Part shown: one piece after another, positions 46,117-64,000 of the stretch
Layout: each line of letters starts with the position of its first letter
Position numbering within the stretch: the stretch's first letter is position 1
Assembly: GCA_963693365.1 (NCBI GenBank)
Contig: CAVNZM010000002.1
Coordinates: 7,594,454 to 7,658,453, forward strand
DNA length: 64,000 bases
Direction of reading: 5' to 3'
Source: Amoebidium appalachense
Taxonomy: Eukaryota > Protista > Ichthyosporea
Program-made: the position numbers and the translations under genes
The notes under the pieces: model-generated
Seen by the model: only the letters and a program-made list of their open reading frames with translations
The model's database searches: none
What the model was told of the DNA's origin: nothing

Positions 46117-47860
46117 AGTGTGCGTGTGTGCTTGTGTGCGTGGATGCAGCCTGCATCTGTGGTGTACGCGTACGGATGCGTGGTTGTGAGTGTCAAGAGT
46201 TAGGGGAAGGGGAAAGGAGAGCCCGGATGTACGGGTGTGTTTATGGGAAAACCATGACTGGTGACGGGGAAGCAAAGGAATCAGATAACGAAGTGGAACA
46301 AGCAGGGGGATAGTCAGCGTATGTGTCAAAGAGGCAGGCGGGGGAGGGGCGGGGGGCGGGGGGTGGGGGTGGGAGGGGGGGGGGGGGGGGGGAGGGGGCA
46401 GGGTTGAAAAGGGGGATGGGGGGAGGGGGGGGGCAGGGTTGAAAGGGGGAGATGGGGGGGGAGGGGGGTAGTGTACTGGGACTTGCGGCTCGGGAAGATA
46501 CATTAGGAGGGCTGCGTCATCGTGCCTTCTATTAAACTTCTGAGTATTAACGGTTTCGTTTTTTCTCCTTTTTTCTTCCTCTTGTTTTTTTTCCCTCTTG
46601 TTCCATTATCACATTTACCGAGTCACGTTGATTTTTGTGCTACCCAAATCCCGTAGGCAGGGAACAAGGCTCTAAAGCTTCACTGAAGCACATAAGTCGA
46701 TAGAGACCTGGCATTGAGACCCTCGATGATAGAATATCAGTTCCCTTTGCCCTACAAGGCCACGCCAATCATGGTGATCCACCCTTGCAAAAAATCACTC
46801 AAGGCTTGTTGAGACCGTAGTTTGAATCACTAGCAGTCACCGGAGGGGGGGAGGGGAGGGGGGGGGGGGGGAGGGGGGGGGGGGCTGGGTAACCACCTCT
46901 GCCAGGCCCTTAAAGGAACGTTTGACCCGGATCTTGTATTGCAGTTCCCGCCTAAGTGAGACGATTTCGTGTTAGAAATGCATCTTGCGGTGCACAGTGA
47001 CAGGAGGCGGCAAAAGCACGTCTTGGGTGTGTACTAGCTATAGTTGTGAAGTTAGGGTTTGCACACCCATGCCCACCATATTTCTCCTGAGCTCTTGCCC
47101 CACTTCAGCAAACACACAATTTCAACACACACACAAGCTGTAGCAATCCTAGCAGGCATGCAAGTGCACACAGTACAAGCACATGATATCGCCTCAACAC
47201 CTGCACAAGACCCCCCCCCCCCCCCCCTCTCTCCCCCCCTCCCCTCCCCCCGCCTCTCCCCTCTCGGCCCCACTAGCCCCCCGGCCCCAATAGAAAGAAT
47301 GAATCGGATAACAAGTAAGGAACAGGTGCCTGAAGCAAGAATTTGGGCGGGGAGGCAGGGCGGGGAGGGTATGGGTGTGTGTTGTGTGGGAGAGGGAGGG
47401 TGGGAGGGCCGGGGGGGGGGGGGGGGGGGGGGGGGGAGGGGGGGGAGGGAGGACGAAGGTGCGGTAGTAGATTGCATGCTTTTCTGTTCCGAATCATGGT
47501 TTCCTTTCCCTCTTTGCATCCCATATTCTCCAGTGCACTTAGTGAATGCAAGTGTGTGTTCCTCTACATACATAAGACTTCGTTCTCCAGTGCATGGAAG
47601 ATAAGAGAGTGTGTGTAGATCATGGGGAGGTTTACGATTCCCGCTCAAGTTTTCGCATGTATGCATGCCACCTAATGAATGTGCGTGTGTGTATGTAATG
47701 TAGAATGGTGTATTTGAATGCAAACGACACACTCGCAGCAGGCAGGCGCGGAACGGTGGTTTTGAATGTGTGTGTGTGTGTGTGTGTTTGTGCGTGCGTG
47801 CGAGCGTGCATGTGCGTGCGTGTGTGCGTGCGTGTGCGTGTGGGTGTGTGCACGGTGTGT

Positions 47861-47906
<46 letters not shown>

Positions 47907-48064
47907 GTGTGTGTATGTGTGTGTGTTTGTGCGTTTGCACGCGTGTGTGTGTGTGTGTTTCACACGGTGTGTGTGGGCCATGTATGTACGTACGTATACG
48001 CGCGTGTGTGTGCATGTGTGTACGTATGTGTGTGACGCTGTGTGTGTGTATGTGTTTATGCCTT

Positions 48065-48096
<32 letters not shown>

Positions 48097-48120
48097 TTGT
48101 GCGTGTGCGTGTCACGGTGT

Positions 48121-48156
<36 letters not shown>

Positions 48157-48273
48157 ATCGTGTGTCTATGTCATGTTGCCTGTCTGTGTACACATGTATG
48201 TGTTTGTGTTGCACGTGTACGTTGTGTGTGTGTGAATGTGTGTGTGCTGGTGTGTTTGTGTATGAGTGTGTGA

Positions 48274-48366
<93 letters not shown>

Positions 48367-48972
48367 GTGCGTGTGTGTGTGTATCTGAAAGCGACCGTGT
48401 ATGTGCATTTGTGCCCATGTGCAGACTGGCACCTGGACACTGGCACATGTGCACTGATGACCATACATAGCGTGCACGCGTAGTGCATGGTGTGTTGGTG
48501 CTTGAATACATATTAACCGGATTCAGAGGCGTGCGACAGTTACAACATCCATGGCCCCTACCATGGTATATGTATGGTTTGTCCATGCTTGTGTGTGTGT
48601 GAGTATGTGTTTTGTTCCTGCAAACGTCCAGACCTTGAAATGCCCCGTTTGCCTCCACGGTACACCCCACCCCAGCTAGCAGCCCCGTCATTCACATGTC
48701 ATGTGTGCGAGTCAGTAACCATTGTCATCATACTCACAAACACACAAGCAAAAGCATACACATTAGGCAGAACACACACATGAACCAACACCCATACACA
48801 TATTCCACGCAGCCACCTACTTTGCCCAGTCGTGTGCCACGGAAACCACCCGTGCCTCGACCACGTCCGCGGCGTTCTTCAGCTGGCCGCATGTTGTTTG
48901 TTTTTGGCACGTGCAGGCAGCCAGAGCGCCTGCCACGGCACACAGAACAACAACAAGCTCTTTAAGAAACAT
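44585..48972 (-). CDS. Secreted TIMP/NTR-domain protein with two C-terminal cysteine-rich modules, 241 aa, 4 exons
   Basis: Exons 48972-48821, 46951-46897, 45674-45378, 44806-44585; GT-AG, phases 2/0/0, total 726 nt. Signal peptide [19 protein letters not shown], then CTCQKQTTC...ADVVEARVV...[11 protein letters not shown]...DKCGL...FHLNSCGF...FCGC...[10 protein letters not shown]...PCSISKC...[14 protein letters not shown]. Confidence 0.85.
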
Positions 48973-49573
48973 TTTCTGGTGAGGAAGGAAGAGATTGTGT
49001 GTGTGTGTGTGTGGTGAGTATGAAAACTGGCTTGTTTCAACAACTTGACAGAGTCGCCGAGCGACGACGCCGACCCTGACGCCAACCAGACTACCCTTCT
49101 GCCCCAGTGCCCCGGCGGCCGCCCCCCTCGGATTATCGATTGTTGATTGGTTCCAAAATGCAAGCCTTCAGGTCCAAAATTCCAAGTGTGATGGATGGCT
49201 ATTTCTACAGATAAAGGGGGACAAAGGAAACATATATATATATTATCTTACTTTGATCGGATAAAAATAGGTAAGCCCTACTATAAGCATTTTTCTTATT
49301 CTGCAAATGTAAAGCTTCACGTGACGTGACCATTATGAAAACAAGCAATGATCTCGATTGGGCCACATATAGTCTTAGCCAATCAGAGGTAGCTTTGATT
49401 TAGGTAATCCAATCGCGCTGCGGGTTCTTTAGAGGAGGGCAAAAGGATTGATGATCCCCAGCCGGTGAGTCAGCTAGCGCTGAGGCACGAGCGGCGCAGC
49501 TGCCTCTCTCTCTCTCTCTGCCCCTTACACACACACACGCACACACGCACGCACGCACGCACGCACACACGCA

Positions 49574-49621
<48 letters not shown>

Positions 49622-50645
49622 TATGTACACTGTGACATTTCTATTTTTTATTTTTATTTAATATTTTTTCCCCTTTTGTACATGTATATGTTCCCGGCGA
49701 GGTGCCCCACGGGGCCCTCATGGCCATGGGGAACTACCGTCTTCCACCCAGCACCGACAGTACTCTAGCTAGGGACAACTAAGCTAACACACCCGTAACA
49801 ATCCTAACTATTTGCAAACGCTTAGCCCAGGTTATTCATATGTAAAATGTGACGGCACTCACACCTCAGGCAAAAAAAAAAAAAGATCTCTCTCCTGATC
49901 ATGAACTCTCTCTCTCGCGATGAACTTTTGATAAGTTTACAAGTCCGTGCAACTTGGATCCTGGCAAGGGCTAGCCTAGGCCTGTTGATCTTTTTATCTT
50001 TGCTGAGCCCCCAGTAGTGTGTAAAATGAAACCATACAGCAGGAATTTCAAAAGAAAGCACTACGAACAAGGGGTGGGGTTTGAGGGGTGCACGTGGGTG
50101 GGGATGGGTCGAGCTGGGATATCGATACATGTACATCGCCTCGACTTGAACCTCCTAGGGCCTATAAATTTCACCACCATCTGTGCTTTCTATTTACATG
50201 TGTTTGGTCATACATACCTATTTACATTATATAATTATAATCACGCATTCATGTATATTAGTGGCATGTGGTGATGATCCCACAGAACACACTCGGTCAG
50301 ATCTGGTGGAATGCAGAAAGCCTCATTCGGGCCTCTAAGCACGAGAAACACCGAAACTCATCCGGTATTTAACAAATGCATTCCGCAATAATTTCAGTTT
50401 GCGCATCACCCTCTCTGGTTGGACCCCAAATGTCCCATGTCAGATATGCAGTGTGACTGCGTGCACGAACTACATGGTCACGTGAGGAATATTTATAAAT
50501 CCTCAATAGGCCTAGGTCCAAGAAAAAAGGAAGAAAAAACGTAAATACAAAACAAATCGTCAAAAAAGCGAAGCAGGATAATATCTACATTTCGCTACAT
50601 GAATCCCTCCCCCCCCCCCCCCCCCCCCCCCCCCACCTTTTTTTT

Positions 50646-50707
<62 letters not shown>

Positions 50708-50863
50708 TGCACGCACACACACGCGTCGACAGTAATTACAGGAATAGAGGAGACAGGGGATTGCAAAGAGGTACACATTAAGTGGTATAGCAGGAGGAGA
50801 AAATAGAATACGAGGGGAAAAAGAATAAAGAACCCCAACAGTGACACAACTGACGCTACAAAG

Positions 50864-51465
50864 TTACTGTACGCCAAATATGGGCTCATGAATCCCCCTC
50901 GAATTTCCGGGAAGTTTCACCACAAAGACCCCCCCAGAAGTAGGCATTTTCAGTAATTGGTCGGCAATCATGCGCTTTCTCGTGGTGGTTATAAATAGCA
51001 AGTCCATGTTCTCTCCACCAATCGCAACGCAAGTAGGATTGGGCACTGGTAGCTTCACCGTCCAATCAGCCTCTCCCGTTTGTGGGTCATGCCGTTGCAC
51101 CTTCCAACCCCCGAACACGGTCGTCCAAATGCCTCCTTGCGAGTCTACCGTTGAGCCGTCGGGAAACCCCAGGTTGTCCGCACCGAAATCTCGCAACAGT
51201 TTTGGGTTTTTAGGTACTCCCGTTGCTGTTTCATACTCGTACGCTAATAATTTCCGATCTGGTGAATCGCAGAAATACATTGTGCATCCGTCAGGGCTAA
51301 AGCATATGCTATTAGTTACCCGCACTCGGAGATCGCCGAATAGTGGTTGGCCGGTGAAATCTTTGTCCAGTCGAAAAACACGTGCAAGTTTACCGGACTC
51401 AGTATCGTCTGCATTGCGTGGATGGTAGCCACCGAATATGAACCTGCACGTGTACATGTACATGT

Positions 51466-51558
<93 letters not shown>

Positions 51559-51882
51559 CATGCACGCACGCATCTGTGTCTTGTGCTTCGGTGGGCGCAA
51601 TAGGTGCGGAGTTTGAAGGAGGTACCCAGAGAAGAGAGTGGGGGAGGGGGGGGGGAGGGGGGGGGACACATTGGTTGGTTGGTGAGTATGCTGGTTAGAC
51701 ATGTCATCACATGCACTACAGAATATATAGGGGGAGGGGGTGGGGATGGGGAGAGAGGGGGGAAGAGAGAGAGACAGGGAGAGATCAGGTGTAGGTGCAG
51801 GGAGGGAGGAGAGATTATGAGAAAAAACACGTCCCCCCATTGTGTGCCCCCTAGGCCCCCGCATTACCCTCCCTTTTCTTCT

Positions 51883-51915
<33 letters not shown>

Positions 51916-51940
51916 TTACCACTCCTCCCCCCTCCCCCTT

Positions 51941-51995
<55 letters not shown>

Positions 51996-52199
51996 AAACC
52001 AAGACCTGGCTAATGTGCCATCATAAACAAATTGATTACAGATCAATTTACACAACACGGGTCAACACCAATTGGCATATATTGTTCCTGCCATTGCCCC
52101 CCTCCCCCCCCACCCTTCCCCTCTCCTTCAGTCCACCCACCACCACCTTACACACCACCCACCCATTTTCCCCAGCCACACGTGCTCACATGAACCCCC

Positions 52200-52254
<55 letters not shown>

Positions 52255-52573
52255 ACCTGCCCCCTGCCACCACCAGAGAACAAAACCACACCAGGAAAAA
52301 ACAAAACAAAACCAGAGGTGAAGCAGGGAAAAATTCCAAGACAACCAAAACGGGTAAGCCTGGGAAACCCGAACCAGCAAATACAAAAACCACGCACCTT
52401 CCCTGCCTGTCACACCTCCCGTCGTTTAGCCTCACCCCCTCTGGCCTATCGGGATAATCCCACACCCTCCGCATGGGCCCAACCCCCCACTCGAAAATGT
52501 CCACCCCTGACTCTACGGCCACGAGGAAATGCTTGGGGTCCTGCGTGTGTGTGTGTGACAGTGTGTGTTTTTC

Positions 52574-52605
<32 letters not shown>

Positions 52606-52620
52606 GGGGGGAGGGGGGGG

Positions 52621-52704
<84 letters not shown>

Positions 52705-52939
52705 CGCGCGCACGCGTGTGTGAGGTGTGCCCGTGGGGATGTGTGTGTGAGTGATGGGATGAGCCAAAGTTCCGTTCACAGCACCAGTTAGGAATGCGTT
52801 CAACCACAACACAGTGGCAGTTTTTTCTTTTTCTATTTCTTCCCCCCCCCCCCCCCTCCCCCTTCCCTCTTCCCTCCCCCCCCCCCTCCCCCCGACCCAG
52901 TTTTTCATTGGTCTCTCTCTCTCTCTCTCTCAATCTGTC

Positions 52940-53010
<71 letters not shown>

Positions 53011-53258
53011 GCACCTTGAGGCCATGGAAGTGCCAGTACGGATACGATTTTTTTTTTTTTTTTTTCTTTTGCTGGGGGGGGGGGGGGGGGGGGTTTGAAT
53101 GCGGAACACGGTACGAAGTACGCATACACGAAGGACACATGCAAAGGCAAACATTCAAAGGCAAACAATCAAGTATGCAACATAGCCATGCGCACAGGGG
53201 GGGGGGGGAAGGGGGGCAACATGTGTATCATGTGTGTGTATCATGTGTGTGTGTTTGT

Positions 53259-53289
<31 letters not shown>

Positions 53290-53703
53290 GGGGAGGAGGT
53301 GGTGGAGGGTTCGCCAACATGAGTGTGTGTGCACATATGCGCGCACATGTGTGATGTGTGTGGGTGCATGTGTACGCATGGCTATGTGTTGTGTGTGCGT
53401 GTGCGTGTGTTAATTATGCGTGTACGCGTGTGTTTGTGTGTGTGTGACAAGTGGGTTGGGGAGGGGGAAGGGGGGGGGGGGGGGGGGGGGGGGGAAGGAA
53501 GGGGGGGGCAGGAAGTGAGAGCGGCAGAAGGGAAACGAGGCGCATCCATGTCCACACATGGCCATCATGGAAAAAAGAAAGAGGATCCAACCGAGTTGAG
53601 CAGGTTATAAATATGGCAGTGGCCCGTGTAGGTGGTAGAATGACGAAGATTTTGTGTTAGTAGCTCTACAGAATGCAAAGACCAAGATATTAACAGATTC
53701 TAA

Positions 53704-53789
<86 letters not shown>

Positions 53790-54325
53790 GTTGGGGCGGG
53801 GGTGGGGTGGGTGTGTGTGGGGGGGGGGGGGGGGAGGGGGGGGGGGGGGGGGAGGCGAGAGATGGTAAAAAAAGCTGCGGCATCGTGACGTTCGCAATAT
53901 TCTTTCCTCAGATTGCTGTTCTTGCTTCTACTGTTTCTACTTCTGCTATCACAACAGTTCTCATCTTTATTCTTTCCTAAGTTTGCTGGGAAATTACCTA
54001 TTAATCTTATGACGCAATTATAATTCTGCCAGGTTATGAATAATTAGATGTTAGGTGCTATTAAAGATCTTCCTTCGTAGAGGGAGCAATGGAGTTATTC
54101 CTCTCTTCTCTCCTATACTCTTAATCGACGTTATCGTCAGGATATAAGATGAAAATTAAAATCATTGGGGACCTCCTAGAGAAGGCAGGGGTGTGTGAGG
54201 CATTGAGGCAGAACCTGCGTTCAGCCCCCATCTGTTGGTAGGATGGGACGTAAAAGGCGCAGAGAAGTGGAGGGGGAGGGGAGGGTGTGTGTGTGAAGAG
54301 TGAGGGGGCGAGGGGGTCGCGACAG

Positions 54326-54369
<44 letters not shown>

Positions 54370-55036
54370 AGGGAGAGAGAGAGGTGGGGGTAGGGAGAGG
54401 GAGATAGTGTGTGTGTGTGTGCGCGCGCGTGTGTACGTGCGTGTGTGTGTGTGTGTGTGGGAGAGAGGTAGAAAGACGGGGGGGAAAGGGGGGGAGGGAG
54501 GGAGGAAGAGAGACATGGGAGCCGCATGGGAGGGTGGGGGCAGGGGGGGAGGATGGTAATAAGTAGGCAGGGTGTGTGCGCTGATGTGGTGTATGTTTGT
54601 GTGTGTCAGTATGTGTATATGTGTGTCATGATGTGTTTGTTATGTGATTGCGCGGGTGTACGTGTGATCGGGTCTGTGCGGCGTGCGTGTGTGCGAGCGC
54701 GAGCCCGCGGATCTGTTTAGGTGCTTGTGGGTACGTTTGTGTGTGCGCTGTGTTTGTGTGTGTGTGGGATGGGGGGAGTGGGGGGAGGGGGGTGGGGGGG
54801 CTGTTTAAGGACAGGGGGAGAGAATCTACCTCCATAAGTGCCAATGAACATGGTTTTTCCTCCAGGACCATTGACTCCACATCTTCACCTGTTTCCCTAC
54901 ATCTGTGGATCTTGTAACCATCTATGTCCACCCAATAGAGGAAGCCTGTTCTGCTATCCCACAGATTGCTTTCTCCTAGTACGTCCATGCTGTCCACTAG
55001 CAAAGATGCTTCAATCTCTTTGTTTATTTTCGCCAT
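50864..55036 (-). CDS. SMP-30/gluconolactonase/LRE (regucalcin-family) sugar lactonase, 309 aa, 3 exons
   Basis: Exons 55036-54830, 52540-52398, 51443-50864; total 930 nt. LGESNLWD, LYWVDI, RLNDGRCDRQGRF, TNSICFSPDG, FPDGSTVDSQGGIW, LPVPNPTCVAIGG, LFITT; metal-ligand E/N/N/D positions retained. Confidence 0.93.
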
Positions 55037-56200
55037 GGTGCGAGGTTGTAGCCTATGATGTTGTCCAACGTCGTCCAAATAAGTGTGAACATGGGACCAT
55101 TGGGATGATGGCAAGAAAGATAAAAAAAAACACGACTCGATCCGTGGACTCTCGAGCTCCTTCAACTGAAAATTTCTGTGGTGTACAGTAAAATTTGTAA
55201 CTGAGTAAATCCGTCAGTGTTATCTGATTGGGTTAGAGAGCATCACCGAAGAAAGTGAATGACGTCACGAAGTCAACAGCGGTGTGTTTGTCCGAGACGG
55301 ATAGTTGACGATATGTGTATGTATACCATATATTACATAACATTGTTCAAGTGTTATTTTTCTTTTAGTTTTTTATCTTGGAAAAAAAAAACTAAAATGT
55401 CATATGTATGTACAAGAGAAAAAGCTTTTGGTGAGCCTACATATATGCTGGCAGATCCGGACTGCATAGCACAACTGTGACGTCATGATCGCGGTTTTTT
55501 TTTTCGCCGCGGAAGGCCTGTCTCGGCTACGCGCACGTACGGTTTTAATACGGTGCCGTGAAAACACACATGCGCATAGTGCAATTGTGTCACTGCAACG
55601 GCTTAAATACATGAATATTTACTGTGTTTACTCCTTAGAATTCTTATACACGAAGAGTATGTGCAAGTACAGCATGCATTTCTGTTGCCTCAAAAGGCCT
55701 ACCTGCCTACATCAACTCTTTGCATGAGCCTCCGGGACGGTTACCACGGCGATCTATGTTTTGCATACTATGTTCGGGTTAGCCAATAGCATTACGCATG
55801 TTTTCCGGATTTTACCCATGTCAGCCAATCATAACCGCAGATCTTAGGTGACCTTTCATTTGATTCGCGCGCTCTGCCCGCCCCTCGACTCTATCTGTGT
55901 ATCACGTTGTTCACGCACACAAGTTTTGTTGTTTTGGAAAACACTTGAAAACGTTTGATTCTTTTACCTACTTAGGACATGTTATTTTACACATCGTTGG
56001 GTTGACAGGAGCGACACACCTTCTACCACCTTTTTTTTTTCGCCCGCCCCTTTTCACCTTCGCAGCAGCATTGGCCGGGTGGTTCGTGTGGTGGTTGGCT
56101 CGAACAAGGTTCAATTTTTCGTTTTCTTGAATCAGGGGCAGTTAGCTTCATTTTTTTCCTCAATAGCAACACAGAGTTGGGGCGGTAACTGGATGATACG
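55037..56200. promoter_or_regulatory. Microsatellite-free head-to-head intergenic region (putative bidirectional promoter)
   Basis: Lies between divergent ATGs at 55036 and 56201; TGACGTCA at 55260 and 55478; CCAAT boxes at ~55227 (reverse), ~55782, ~55825. Confidence 0.55.

Positions 56201-64000
<7,800 letters not shown>

Noticed and set aside
47060-47200. Extra Cys-rich or signal-like exon in TIMP-like intron 1
   Set aside because: TG-repeat-derived composition; the exon 1 to exon 2 join already gives correct phase and TIMP spacing.

Overview
Eukaryotic nuclear DNA from an intron-rich organism, probably a unicellular holozoan (inferred from animal-like intron positions, not proven). Nearly all ORFs in the supplied track are translations of (CA)n/(GT)n/(CT)n/poly-C/poly-G tracts. 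Splicing the sequence by hand gives seven genes: an intronless atypical CAMK-group kinase (+, 236-1279), UBE2C (-, 7 exons), USP22/Ubp8 (+, 15 exons), a PSTAIRE CDK1/2 (-, 9 exons), a secreted TIMP/NTR-domain cysteine-rich protein (-, 4 exons, only partly visible in the ORF track), an SMP-30/gluconolactonase (-, 3 exons) and UXS1 (+, runs off the window). Two disrupted loci are also present: a 7TM receptor-like gene and a sterol O-acyltransferase (MBOAT) relic. Main leads: (1) a TIMP-like protein with TIMP-1-like cysteine spacing; (2) an apparent repeat-based splicing code, with poly-C just after weak donors and (CA)n or A-rich tracts replacing the polypyrimidine tract; (3) tandem duplications centred on splice junctions, on both sides of the USP22 His-box exon; (4) Myb/CHR/E2F/CCAAT clusters upstream of both mitotic genes. 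Gene models are manual, comparisons with human proteins are from memory, and homopolymer lengths may be affected by assembly error.
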